The translations under genes and the position numbers were made by a program. Source: Macrostomum lignano (Eukaryota). From it: a stretch of 64,000 nucleotides of DNA. The stretch spans positions 372,001 through 436,000 of the forward strand of contig NIVC01000271.1 of assembly GCA_002269645.1 (NCBI GenBank), read 5' to 3'. This document shows, piece by piece, positions 51,004-64,000 of the stretch. The number at the start of each line of letters is the position of its first letter. Positions within the stretch are counted from its first letter, which is position 1. Under the pieces are notes generated by a model. It saw nothing but the letters and a program-made list of their open reading frames with translations. It made no database searches and was not told the DNA's origin.

Positions 51004-51845
51004 CAATAAAAATACCACTCTTGGTTTATCCTACCATCAACAACCCATACGAACTCATATTCATACTTGTTGCAGTTTTGGGAATATTTTTGTTGATTGC
51101 TCCGTTATGTGCGCCATAAAATCTACTGAATGAATGTTGCTCTAAATACTCTTTGTCCATAAGACACAGCCTGGCGTAATGACAAACTCAACTGGCCATT
51201 ATTTCAGCTTTATCAGGCGTTTGAACCATAGACGATTAGTTAACTATGTATTTATTAACTGACATAAGGGAATAATGTTCGCAAAAAGTCTACATGGCAT
51301 GGAATACATTGAAAAAAGGAGAGTCAAGACATTTTAGCTAACAAACAATGGAAAACGCGCACATTAAGCACAAATATAGCACAGCAGTCATAGACTGTTC
51401 ATCAGAAGTTGCTCATTAAAACTGAAACGTGCAATCCTTGAAGTGGCAGTTCTCGAAGAAGCGAACTGCGCGTTCCATCTTATGGTTATATTATGCTTAC
51501 CATGCTTCACCCACATCTCCTGTGTCACCTCCACTGAAGCATAGGTCGAACGGTTCGTTCAGTCATCGACAAGACGATTTTTCCAATTAATAAGCGGGGT
51601 CTGTTTGACGAGATGCAGCAGCCATAGTTGTTTGACAAGGCAAATAGCTTTTACTCGTACTACCCGCTTTCCTGATTTCTTGCAAGACGCAAACGAATTC
51701 AGCATTCATCACAGTGTTGTCTATGGTCAAACTAAGACACACATCTCAGTCGTCTATGGGTAGAATAACTCTCAAAACAGCCAATTGAGGCAGGCGTGAT
51801 AAAAAAGCTTCCGGCACGCCAGACTACGCTATGCTGAAACAATTT

Positions 51846-52672
51846 GGCCGTATGAATAAAGTGAGTAGTTGCTCAAACTCGGCGAGATTCTCAAATCAGT
51901 ATGAATAAAATGAGTGCGTCCTCCTGAGCAAGTGCTCAAAATCAATTTCCCAAGAGTTTGTGCTCTTTCCGTGAGCAAATGCTCGGTGACTGAGTAGTGA
52001 TTCGCTTCAGTATGAATAAACTCTGGTCATAGACAAATTGTCTTGAGATCTTGCTCAGCAAAAGTTGAGTCTCCTCTGTAGTAGACTCACTGGTTGAGCA
52101 GCATCCAGCCACTGCTTTGAAAGGGAATCTTCCAGCCACTGCCTGCCACTGGCTACTTGTGTTATTCCAGATGGCCGAATTCATTCAGACAGAGTGCCTG
52201 CGAAGCGAAAACTATATACTGTATGAAGCGACACAGTATGGATGTGTATCGCGTCGATGAGTATAAGCGGCTCTTTCGTTTCTCTAGTGAAAGCGTTGGA
52301 TTTCTGGGATCCGTCGTCATCAGTTTCTAACGGCCCCATCTCTGTTGAATTCCTGTTGAAATCAAACTGACGCAAACCTAAGCTAAGTCAGTTTCTACTT
52401 CGAGACAGATGCTAGGACGAAAGATAAGGCGATTTATACTATACGACACACGAGAGATGCCGGGGACCGCTTTCTCTTCGTCTATGGCCAAGAGGTGCCA
52501 AGCAGTTACTCAGAATGAGGAGCAAATGCTCCGCATTTGAGAAATTTCTTTAATTCATATGAACATTGAGCAACTGCTCCAGATCAGAGCAGTTGCTCGA
52601 GTTCGAGCTCTTGCACAATCTCAGAGTTTGAGGTGAAACTCGCCAGTTATTGCTCACTTTATTCATATGGCC
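51846..52672. mobile_element. MITE with TIRs related to the neighbouring Harbinger element
   Basis: GGCCGTATGAATAAAGTGAG ... CTCACTTTATTCATATGGCC; the same TATGAATAAA core recurs at about 52749, 54882 and 54931. Confidence 0.6.
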
Positions 52673-53436
52673 AAATGGCCTCTATGTGTCTTATGACCGC
52701 TGAGACAATGACGTTGCGTAATAGGTAAGGGACTGAAATAATAGCCCGTATGAATAAAAAGAGTAATTTGAACATTCTCAAATCAGAGTCGGAGCAATTG
52801 CTCAATCGTGAGAATATTCTCTGAGTCTGAGCAAGTGCTCATCGGGGGTATGAATAAAGAACAAACTCAAACTCTGAGAATATTCTCCGTAGCTTGAGTA
52901 AATGATCAGAATGCTTTTAGCCACAGACAAAAATCGTTCATACGACTTCTTGCCGTTAGTACGGCTTTTTACGGCTTCGTAGGGCTTCTTACTTACGACT
53001 GATTTTTCACTCGCTTCTCACTTTTGGGAGGTTACATCATGGAGGAAAGAATAGAATGGAGTGCTATTCTGAGCAAGTTATTTTTGTCTCGCTAGATCTT
53101 CACTTTTAACATCTCTTTCCCCCCGTTCTTTCCTATTGGCTCGTGACTGCCATAGACAAAGTATTTTTCGTCTCGTTTTCGTTTTCGTTCCCCTCTGAAA
53201 GGTCTGTCCCAGCATAGTACGAGCTCGCATCATGCTTTCAGCCAATAGGAAGGAACGGGGGGGAAAGGGATGTTAAAAGCGAAAATCGAGCGAGATAAAA
53301 ACAAGTGGCTCAGATTAGCACTCCATTCTATTCTTTCCTACATGGGTTACATGCGCTAAGCTTAAGTTCAGAAGCAAAGGTCTAGCTTTTTTGTTCCTTA
53401 CGGAAACTTCCAGTCGTACGACTTCTTTGGGCCACG

Positions 53437-53900
53437 ATGGACGGAAATGACGCCGAAGACGAGTTGTTCGTAAAAGTTGTCTCTCGCTACCCCGTCGTCC
53501 TCGACAAAAGCAAGACGCCCGACACAATGGAGAAGAAGAACGCAGCATTCAGCTCAATACAAAAGGACCTGGAGGATAATGGAGTAAATCTAACCTGCAA
53601 GAAGATCAACATAAAGACTTTCGAACATTAAGACGCGGCTGAAAGCAAAGACGGGCTTGAAGAAGACCGGAAATAAAAAGATTGTTCTGAAGAAGTGGGA
53701 AGAATCCATGCTACCGTTTTTCAACATCGAGGAAAACCCAGTTTTTTCCAAGGTCCCTGGCGTTCGTGGGTGTGGGGTTGCATCACAACTCGCTGACGAC
53801 GATGAACCACAGACACCCCCGAGACCCAGCCCGAGCAGCGAGGAGTCTGATCGCCAACCCGCAACAGCACACAAGCGACTTCGGGGATGCGTCTGCTTCG
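53437..53900 (+). pseudogene. Harbinger-associated Myb/SANT-like protein, frameshifted near 53620
   Basis: MDGNDAEDELFVKVVSRYPVVLDKSKTPDTMEKKNAAFSSIQKDL..TCKKI / NIKTRLKAKTGLKKTGNKKIVLKKWEE..EENPVFSKVPG; 3' limit uncertain. Confidence 0.7.
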
Positions 53901-54279
53901 TATATGCAACTTTAGGGGCCAATATAAAGCTTGTTATAGGTTTTCGGACTGCTAAGCACGCTTGCTACTTGTTATTGTTAATATTGTTACTTACGTTACA
54001 GTCGAATTGTTACTTTACAATTATTTTACGTGGTTACGACGCTTTAAATATACGACGACAAGTAAGAAAAAACGGTAAACGTTTATTTTTGTCATAACAA
54101 ACATAAAACACAGCTTTTATTTACTAACGTGAATATTATTAGCTAGGTTAGGGCCAGATTGCAATACCTTACAATGCCTTACAAAAGTTAGGAAGCTTTA
54201 AACATACGTTGAGAAATATGAAAAAACAGCAAAACGTGAGCAGCATGAGGTAAGTCAGTACGGATCGCGACGCAGTTTG

Positions 54280-54605
54280 TCATGGCCCATGCCTGAACAT
54301 GATGTCGGCGATAGCGTTCCGGCGCTGGACTCCGGCCGCTCTTTTCGCGGCCTCACTGGCATTGTTCACGTCGAACGGTGGTGCGAGGGGCTCTTCCATC
54401 TCCTCCTCAATAGCTTCATCGTCAATGGTATCATCGTTGAGCTCCTTCGCAATGTTGTGTGAAGTGCACCACCACGCGTTTCTACGCTATTTCGATGAAA
54501 GCGAAACAGACGCCGGTATTCGTCGTCCCGATACACATCTGAGTGATAACGCTCCAAATACAGTTTCCGCCGAGCAGGCGCTACATCAGGCATGTATTCG
54601 GCCAT
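54280..54605 (-). pseudogene. HARBI1-like transposase with the DDE core deleted
   Basis: N-terminus ..DDEYRRLFRFHRNSV joined out of frame to C-terminus WCTSHNIAKE..AGVQRRNAIADIMF*. Confidence 0.7.
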
Positions 54606-55487
54606 GCTCCAGAGTTTGAAAATCTCAAGAAAAGCTTTAGCTTTAGCTTTCAGGAGTTAAGCTTTGACGATTTATCTGCTTTTTACACTGCGACTCGTTC
54701 TTGAGTCTGCCAGGAGGCTGCCTCAACGTTTTCTGAGTAATTGCTCAGAAATTTAGCCTGCGGTAGTAGTTTTATTCTTATTGACCTAAGTAATTGTCAA
54801 TCTCAGAGTATTTGCTATGAAATCGGAGCAAATTCTCTTGAGAAAAATCTCATGAACATTTGCTCATGAGCAATTTCTCAGTTTATTCATACAGGCCCGA
54901 GTAAATGCTTGAGTTGGAGCAGTTGCTCATTTTATTCATATGGCCTAATGGCCAAACACGAGTGCCTCAGATTTTTTCGGCCTCCAGTCTTCAAGCAAAC
55001 TCGCCACTCAGTTCCTCCAGACATCGAGTTGCAGATTCGGAAGTCAACCAATGTAGCTCCTCCGTTGATGATCCGAATACCATTTGATCCGGTTTCAGCA
55101 TTCTCAAGAAGTAAATCGCTTATAGAGTTGTAATTAAGTCTCAGAATGGCTTTCTGAACAGAATATAAATCTCAATTGCGTCCCTCTCATCCAAACACTG
55201 AACAAAACTTCTCTTGTCGCTCTCTTTCCTAAATTTAGCCTCTATCCATCAGTAAATCAGAAACAGACTTCTACTATAAACTTTCTGATCAGCTCCAACA
55301 CCCGGCCTATTCCCTAACATAGAGCCCGCAAATTTCTACACATTGTCACCCGGAATTTTCTTGAAGTGATCAAGTTAATCATAATCAAATTGTTATAGAG
55401 CTTTGCTAGTAGTCAATAATAATGTTATATCATTGTATCACGCTGGCGCGCGTTAGATGCACGATTTACTGTGCGTCTAATGTAGGT

Positions 55488-56322
55488 GTCTATGGCAATT
55501 TTCTATCTGAGTAAAGGCAACAAGCGTGCGTCTAACGCGTGCGTGTAATGCACGGAAAGTGAGTATATTTTAATAAGTATACTTCTGTTTTTTCTGGAGA
55601 TTTCCGATCGAAGTAGTCAGACAGCCTCTTCAGATCAACAGGCTCGATCGATTGGAAGTGTCGGGCGTGTCCGCCTCGGGCAATGAAGATTCTGCCCATT
55701 GACTTCAGTGTCGTATTGGAAGCATAGAATGCGTCGTCAGTTAGAATATTGATTCGCCTTGTCGACATGAAATGCCGGTAGAGCGCAGCTCGGATACAAA
55801 TCAACGTGGCTGGAGCAAAGTATTCGCCATTCCTCTTGCGAAGTGAGCCATAGAAGTATCGCAATAGACTGTCGATCTCGCGCGGTGTAGAAGTCGCCAA
55901 ATCACGCTGAACTGACGGATGGTTCTCCATGAAGCTCTGCAACTTACCGACATAATATTCGGTAGCCTTTGTCACACTTTTACTAGCAGCGGTGTCCTCG
56001 ATTTCGGAAACGAGCTGTTCCAATTCAAGTAGTTCAGCTTCTTCGTCAGGTATCTTCTTGAAAAGTGCCTCCAGAAGATCCTCCTCTTCTCGATCAATTG
56101 CCGACTCCGGTAGATTATCAGGCTCGTTCAGAATGTCGTCAATCTCATTGGTGGACAAGCCGGAAATCATTTCGTTTGGAAATTTGCTCAGATTCAGAAG
56201 TCTGACTTTAGTTGGTGGCTCAGCCATATTCTCTCACAAGTGATTTTAATTTAACAGCTTCTTATTCCCTTCTTCGCAACACTCAATCAACTTGCGTGCC
56301 TTTCACGCATTTTTGTCTATGG
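55488..56322 (-). mobile_element. Crypton-like element, truncated; N-terminal ORF 55532-56227
   Basis: LRYFYGSLRKRNGEYFAPATLICIRAALYRH..FYASNTTL..IEPVDLKRL resembles the region upstream of DUF3504 in Crypton tyrosine recombinases and KCTD1/ZMYM proteins; catalytic domain not found; GTCTATGG direct repeats at 55488 and 56315; inverted GCGCGTTAGATGCACG repeats just outside. Confidence 0.72.
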
Positions 56323-56655
56323 TTAAGACAAATTAACTGAGCGTGCATCTAACGCGCCATCTAAAGTATTAAGCCAACGTAATACAATGCAACTCATACA
56401 TCGATTTTGCGTGCTTAAATGGTCTATGCACGAGTGCGCTGCGCTGTATGAATCCTACATAGTACACTTACGCTGAGGAATTTTAACTGACTTTTGACGG
56501 ATCCGAAGTTGAAATGTTATATTACCTATACTTTATTCAATTTATCATTAAATCATTCAAATGTCTTTGGGGCGATAAGAATTCAAATGAATGCAAAATT
56601 TAAATCACGTCCGACAGCATAGTTGTGACCATAGAATACCAATTAAATTGTGTAT

Positions 56656-56838
56656 CAAGGAGTTCTATAATTAGCAGCCTGGAGTGGAAACGAGTTTTTC
56701 ATTTTTACCTCATGAGGCCAGACTAGCATAGACAGAGTCCGACGGAGCCAAAGACATCCAGTGCTGGCTCATTAATTTGCGTGGCCTCATGAGGTAAAAC
56801 TCGTTTCCACTCCAGATTGCTAATTATAGAACTCCTTG
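56656..56838. mobile_element. 183-bp MITE with long TIRs, 100 bp upstream of knottin gene 1
   Basis: CAAGGAGTTCTATAATTAGCA ... TGCTAATTATAGAACTCCTTG; flanks TTGTGTAT / TTGTGTAC (7 of 8, hAT-like TSD). Confidence 0.75.
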
Positions 56839-56938
56839 TTGTGTACGAGTATAAAGTTCAAGAGATTAGCGATCCAAGATATTTGCAAAAATTTGAGGTC
56901 AGAAATTGATTCGTTGCTAATTTGTCAGACTGTCAACA

Positions 56939-57267
56939 ATGCGACTAAATGCGACTGTAATAGTTCTAGTTTTTCTGCTAGCAGCAGTTCAACTTTCACG
57001 ATGTAGTTCAACAGTGTCTGTCACAACAGCCGAATCGAACACAACAGATATGTGGTTAGTTCGCAACCCAAGGTCAGGATTTTAACAAACTTTTTTTCTT
57101 TTAGTTATTTTTCTGTCTAACAGTGGTTTTTCTGTTTTAGGTACGCTGCAAGATGCCTGGAACGGTACAAAATCTGCGCTACAATACCCGAGGGCCTCAT
57201 CGGTGCCTGCTGTCCGGAATTAATTTGTCAACGTTTCTCAAATTTCTACTGGGCTTGCTCTGTTTGA
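56939..57267 (+). CDS. Secreted knottin-like prepropeptide 1 (86 aa)
   Basis: Exon 1 56939-57072, phase-2 intron 57073-57140, exon 2 57141-57267: MRLNATVIVLVFLLAAVQLSRCSSTVSVTTAESNTTDMWLVRNPR-YAARCLERYKICATIPEGLIGACCPELICQRFSNFYWACSV*; C-x6-C-x10-CC-x4-C-x9-C. Confidence 0.85.
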
Positions 57268-57436
57268 ATTTGGCGGCTGAGCCTGCAGTGTTTGAGTTCG
57301 GCTTTAACTACTCGACAATTTGAACTCATCTTTGTTAAAGTACTTGTAAATGTACGCCATTTAAATATGATTCTGAAAGGCATAAGAAGCTTTACTTCAA
57401 TTTATATTGCTTAATGATTGAGACCGATTGTAGGAG

Positions 57437-57722
57437 GGGGGTTGTAGTCTAGTGGTCAGAGCGTCGGACTCACGACTTGAAGGTCCGGGGGTTCGATTCC
57501 CGATCCCACTGGAACAATTTGTGTCCTTGAGCAAGACACTTAACTCTGCATTGCTTCAGTTCACCCAGCAGTAAAGGGAGTGCCAGCATTAGTTGAGATA
57601 ATTGAGGGTGTGTGTATGCCGACATCCTTGTCCTTGGACTGAACAGCCATACGCAGCTTTCAGGTGCGCCGCGCAATAGCTGCGGCTGAGCTGTCGGTTG
57701 CACATCTGGCCATTGGGGAAGG
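57437..57722 (+). mobile_element. tRNA-derived CORE-type SINE, copy 2
   Basis: A box TAGTCTAGTGG, B box GGTTCGATTCC, CORE-like GTGTCCTTGAGCAAGACACTTAAC..CAGTTCACCCAGCAGTAAA; carries an internal segment absent from copy 1. Confidence 0.82.
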
Positions 57723-58193
57723 TCCAATCAATTGTTAGTATTATGGTTAATTGTTTAAACATTAATTGTTGTACAATATTATTTCGTAGAGATGAACTTT
57801 ATATATACCTACGTAACTAAAACCTATTGGGGGGATTTTTCTAAACTCACTTTGACCAGTAAGTTAATTGTTTTACTCGTTAAAAGCTCGTTAGAATTTT
57901 ACTAAACGGGATCTGGATTGTTCCACTGAATTAAGATGAAAACTGCAGCGCTTAACGCATTAAGTATATAGAAAATTAACTTTTGTCGAGAAGATTTAAA
58001 ATGCTTTAGTTTATGGTCTGACTAACCATCTTCCCGTGTCTGTACATCTGTCAGTCTAACTGCACGAGTTCATTGAGACAAGTTGGACTTATCAACACGT
58101 CTCTAAAGCATAGGCTATGATATTATATGCTACAAATTATATGTTTAATTTTAAAATTAACAAACCCCTGGAAGTTCGACCTCGAGTTTCACT

Positions 58194-58752
58194 ATGCATC
58201 TCCATTGCATTCTGGGCATAGGCGCAAGTCTATTTGCCATCCAACTGCTTTCTGTCTCGGCTGATAGACGACGGACTGATGTGCCATCGACATTTAACCC
58301 GGCGGATGAGTCATTGCCACATGTGCAGCCTTGGCCACCAGGATGGCCCGGCTATTCCGCTGAGTGAGAAAATCGAATTGTTTCATTTTTATTTATTTGT
58401 ATGCCAGCTTGGAGAAGAGAGGGAAGATGAGAGACAGTAGAGAGTAAGGAAGAGAGCTAAGAAGAGACACAAATCTTGATTAGGCCGAATTGCCATTGGG
58501 AAGTTCTTAAAGGACCCGAGGGTCGGATAGAGAGGCTTCGTGAGCCAACGCAGTTTGCCCAACCACCCTTCTTGTTGTTTCACCTTAATTTCCAAAATTC
58601 TGTTATTTTATATCATGATTTTTTTAATTTTCATTGTTAGAGAATGTGCTGGTCTCGGTCAACTCTGCGGCCCTCGCTGGTACGGATACAAGAGCTGCTG
58701 CACTGGCAAATGCACTCTTGCCATAGTTCGTGGCCTCCCTATTTGTTATTGA
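58194..58752 (+). CDS. Secreted knottin-like prepropeptide 2 (93 aa)
   Basis: Exon 1 58194-58363, phase-2 intron 58364-58640, exon 2 58641-58752: MHLHCILGIGASLFAIQLLSVSADRRRTDVPSTFNPADESLPHVQPWPPGWPGYSAE-ECAGLGQLCGPRWYGYKSCCTGKCTLAIVRGLPICY*; C-x6-C-x9-CC-x3-C-x10-C. Confidence 0.85.
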
Positions 58753-58900
58753 ACAGCAATAAAACAATTCAATTAAATTAAACTTTGATTATGGCAGTTT
58801 AAAGTGAACACATGAAAGTTTTTTATTGTTGAGAGTAAAAACCAATAAACAAAGTAAGGCTATCAAAAGTGCACACATTTTATGTAACCAATTTGTTTTT

Positions 58901-59665
58901 TGAAGAGCTTGATCGGGCGGTGATCAGTCACCCGAAAACTCTCACTTCCAGACCTCAAGCCTGGGAACAGAATTCAGTGCTCACTTACTGGTGCGGGCTC
59001 CTTTTCTTTGTCGGGCAGGTTCTCCGAGCTCGTTTCTTCAATTCTTTTTCCTCCGGAGTAGTCTTGAATTCTAAAATCGGCCGAAAGTGAGAGTGTAACA
59101 CTTGAATCCGTCGACGTCACAGTATTCCTCGAGTGCAGAAATCAATATATTCCTCGGGTGCAGAAATCAATATATTCCTCGGGTGCAGAAATCAATATAT
59201 TCCTCGGGTGCAGAAATCAATATATTCCTCGAGTGCAGAAATCAATATATTCCTCGAGTGCAGAAATCAATATATTCCTCGGGTGCAGAAATCAATATAT
59301 TCCTCGGGTGCAGAAATCAATATATTCATCGGGTGCAGAAATCAATATATTCCTCGAGTGCAGAAATCAATATATTCCTCGAGTGCAGAAATCAATATAT
59401 TCCTCGAGTGCAGAAATCAATATATTGAAGAGTTTGATCGGGTGGTGATCAGTCACCCGAAAACTCCCACTTCCAGACCCTAAGCCTGGGAACAAAATTT
59501 AGTGATCACTTACTGTTGCGGGCTCCTCTTCTTTGTTGGGCGGGTCCTAGGAACTCTTCTCTTGTCTCCGGAGTAGTCTTCTTTGGTCCTGAAATCGGCC
59601 GAACGTGAAAGCGTAACAACTTTTCTTGTCGATGTCGCAGTATTCCTCGACTGCAGAAATCAATA
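58901..59665. repeat. Two direct copies of a ~240-bp unit; the first has its terminal 25-mer expanded about 12 times (59121-59425)
   Basis: TGAAGAG(C/T)TTGATCGGG(C/T)GGTGATCAGTCACCCGAAAACTC at 58901 and 59426; 25-mer TCCTCGRGTGCAGAAATCAATATAT. Confidence 0.9.
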
Positions 59666-61236
59666 TCAACGATGCGCCCTAATAACAAAGTCAACTTTCT
59701 ATAACAATAACGAGGTCCTCCAAAAAGAGGCGTCTTCTTCTAGAAATAACGAAATCGGAGTCGTGTGCTCCTATCGGTTACTCTTGGGTAATCCAAATCA
59801 ATCGATCGATAATTCTCTAAGGGTATCGGAATCGGTCCGCAGATCCTATCCAATCCCTTAGGAAAAAGGGAGGCCTCAAACGCAATAAACTCAGTTGAAT
59901 CAACTGATTAGTAACGGCCGGCAATAAAATCGCTCTCAATCAATCAAATAACAAAGGCTCGAACAAGGGCTTACCGAACGGTATTCGTCTTCCTCAGAGA
60001 TGTAGCCTCGATTAGCTTCTCCCGTTAGCTCAAGATGTTTTGATGCTGCTCCGAGTCTGAGATTTTTAGCTCGGATTTTGCGTTTGTATTTATAGGCAAT
60101 TTTTTTGAAATATAAATAGTAACATGACTCATCTTTTCGCTATAAAAGGTAATATGATTAATCTTCTCGTTATAAATAGTTACATGACTCATTTTTGTTA
60201 TAAATAGTGATTATGATTCATTTCTTCGCTATAAATAGTAAGATTATTCATAGTTCAAGTTTTGGTGCGCATGTGTGCGTTGCTCTACTTGCAGTAGAAT
60301 TCTATGAATTAAACTTCTACATTTTCTTTATTCAAATCGGCGCCTGACCGTCAGCAGTGTGACGTGGCAGCGTGGCAAAGATCTGACACAGACAAACCAT
60401 AGAAAGGCCATAGACAACAGAGATTAATTTTGGCCACAGCTGGATGGCATGGCTACGAGCGTAAAGTAAAGAATGGCGTAGAGAGAGAACCATGCGCTAA
60501 AATATGTTGTCTGTTGGACAGAGAAAGAGACAGAGAATGTTCGTGGCATAAACCAAATTGCCTAGTGATTTCAATTCTCAGTCTGTATGGTGAATATGAA
60601 TTCTGCTGGGCTCCTTGCAAAGCAAAAAACTGGACGCAGTGAAAGTCAAATAGTTATAGAAGTTATAACTTTTCTAAGCAGATTTGTGCAGCTGCAGCAT
60701 AACCTCAATCAAGGCCATTGACCATATTGACCCAGACAGACGACAAACTTTTGTTTCTCGTGCATCAAGGGCCAGATAGAGAACCTATCACATGACTTCT
60801 GGTCAGAGGAAGGTAGAGAGAGGATGTGGAGAAGAGAAGAGAGAAGAGGAGAAGAGGAGATAATAAGGGAGAGGAGAGTAGAGAGGAGATGAAAGAAAAC
60901 GAAAGATATTAGAGATAAGACAGCTGAGAAGAGACACAAACCTATCTGTGGTTACTATTGCGATGTTGCAAAGGACCCGAGGGCCCTTTAGGCCATAGAC
61001 ATCCTGAGCAGAGGAATATCCATCCGATTCAAAGTCGATTAAATTCGCAAAAAGGCTACATAACTACATGTACATAAACGCAACGTTCATTGAATAATTA
61101 ATTTTATCAAAATATTTTTTATAGAAGATCAATTTAGCAATAGCTTCATTTGTGTATGCGCTCTGATTTTGATTACAAGCAATCAGAAAGTGCATTAAAT
61201 TTACAGATTCATTAACTAACATATTCTCTCGCTAAT

Positions 61237-62451
<1,215 letters not shown>

Positions 62452-62764
62452 CTGATGGCTGGAGTGACATGCAGGATTAAAATTGTATTATTAAAATGCG
62501 AAATACGCTAAACAAGCAAATTGTGTTACAATTCTGTTTTCGCTTCAACCTCAATACGTCCATGCTAAATTTTGCACACGGAAAACGTTAAAATGACATT
62601 CCAAAATTCATCTATACTCATTTATTTCAACTTTGAGACAATTGCGAGCGTAGATTTTGCTGAGATTTTTCAGCTTTGCTACGAATGTATGCTGTCAACT
62701 TCTTAGCTTTTAGTGATAAAACTACATGTACGAGTATTCCATACAAATTATTCTAATTCCCTAA

Positions 62765-63270
62765 CGACTATTTCAATTCTCTAGAGACCATTCCACTTCT
62801 CTTGAGATTATTCTACTTCTGTAGAGACTATTCCACTTCCCTAGAGACTATTCGACTTCTCTAGAGACTATTCCACTTCCCAAGAGACTATTAGACTTCT
62901 CTAGAGACTACTCCACTTCTCTAGAGACTACTCCATTTCTCTAGACACTAGTCCACTTCTCTAGAGACTACTCCACTTCCCTAGAGACTATACTCCACTT
63001 CTCTAGAGACTATTCTACTTCTCTAGAGACTACTCCACTTCTCTAGAGACTACTCCACTTCTCTAGACACTAGTCCACTTCTCTAGAGACTACTCCACTT
63101 CCCTAGAGACTATACTCCACTTCTCTAGAGACTAGTCGACTTCTCTAGAGACTAGTCCACTTCTCTAGACACTAGTCCACTTCTCTAGAGACTACTCCAC
63201 TTCTCTAGAGACTACTCCACTTCTCTAGAGACTACTCCACTTTCTCTAGAGACTACTCCACTTCTCTAGA
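62765..63270. repeat. 21-bp minisatellite (TCTCTAGAGACTACTCCACTT)n, about 24 copies
   Basis: Direct reading. Confidence 0.93.
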
Positions 63271-64000
63271 TAAAATTTTGAGTCTTCGTTTATAAGAAGT
63301 AGGCACCAGTAAATGTATATCGACTTAGGGTCAAGCTGTCCTTTCTCAAACAGCGTCTGTGTAAATTCCAATTGCGATCAAAGAGCAAATAGAAAATTAT
63401 TCCACCTTCCTATCCGAACGTACTTTTATCTTTGATAGTAAAAAACGATTGGTTGGTTCCGACTACCTATAGGGAAGGATCGAATTGCTTATTGATAGAT
63501 GCCACACATACTTCTTGAGGCAGGAATCTAGAGTGTACATGCAGACTATCTGAGGCGTACACTTACCCGGGGTATAGTGTTCTCACTGTTGTCTACTGCA
63601 GAGCAATAGTAGCACTGTATGCAGAATGATTGGTGAACTGTTTTTGAGTTGATCTTCGTGCAATGGCCCCCACGCCTAATATATTATTAATGTTAAGAGG
63701 AAGTTGACGTAGGAATTAAACTCTTGTGGAATGATGCTGAGTAGCTGCATGGAGCAGGCTTGAACTGCCCAAGACAAGGTGAAATACTCTAACCCATTCA
63801 GCAACTTCCTTGATTCCTAAAACGTTGTTTTGAGTCATAGAGCTAGGCTTTACGGAAGTTTCGTCACTTCTCCCTTTAAATAGCCTTAATTGTAGTCGCT
63901 TAAACTCTCAGTTAATTGTAGTGGATTCTTCACGTATGAGTCCAAGCTCGCGTCTTGGCCATGGATAAACAGATCCTGTTGCGACTTTTTAAGGCTTGTA

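Larger units (their letters stand above)
52743..54945. mobile_element. Non-autonomous PIF/Harbinger element (Myb/SANT gene +, deleted transposase -)
   Basis: Convergent two-gene layout; TIR-like GCCCGTATGAATAAA (52744) versus TTTATTCATACAGGCC (54882-54897) and TTTATTCATATGGCC (54931-54945, followed by TAA). Exact ends ambiguous. Confidence 0.75.

Noticed and set aside
54946-55120. Minus-strand KNLRHSC as the tyrosine-recombinase catalytic box of the Crypton
   Set aside because: Short motif only, surrounding sequence does not resemble DUF3504, and it lies outside the octamer-bounded unit.
57437-57510. tRNA gene (CAC anticodon-like loop), also at 7460-7527
   Set aside because: Imperfect cloverleaf, directly followed by a CORE-like SINE body in both copies.
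58000-58112. Possible fourth knottin signal exon (LTIFPCLYICQSNC..KH)
   Set aside because: In-frame stops upstream, no usable ATG, non-canonical donor.
60430-60642. Cys-containing 70-aa ORF near the knottin cluster
   Set aside because: Non-ATG start, no signal peptide, wrong Cys pattern, lies between CCATAGAC motifs in repeat DNA.
63560-63690. Minus-strand segment ..SFCIQCYYCSAV.. with a GTAAGT donor (Ly6-like?)
   Set aside because: No signal peptide or partner exons identified in the window.

Overview
Eukaryotic (spliceosomal GT-AG introns), AT-rich, repeat-rich DNA, probably from a bilaterian invertebrate (it carries CORE-type SINEs). Two host-gene clusters can be rebuilt by hand with consistent splice phases. 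(1) A tandem array of five paralogous minus-strand genes (A 1098-5332, B 11769-16078, C 17179-20019, D 25066-26864, pseudogene E 34960-37100). They encode type I membrane proteins: signal peptide, CUB-like domain (absent in D), atypical C-type-lectin-like domain (CTLD), TM helix and a paralog-specific tail. The paralogs are strongly mosaic. (2) Three plus-strand two-exon genes (56939-57267, 58194-58752, 61237-62451) for secreted prepro-peptides with a C-C-CC-C-C knottin framework; two are absent from the ORF track and the third appears only as a partial frame. The rest is mobile and repetitive DNA: a 7.47-kb foldback element with 2.86-kb near-identical arms and a 6-bp TSD; two Crypton-like relics with an over-represented CCATAGAC motif; RTE/RTEX, Penelope-like (with hammerhead-like core), Gypsy, mariner, Harbinger and hAT relics; MITEs; and many minisatellites. 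Most long ORFs in the track are repeat or antisense artefacts. All coordinates, counts and identities were read by eye and are not database-confirmed.
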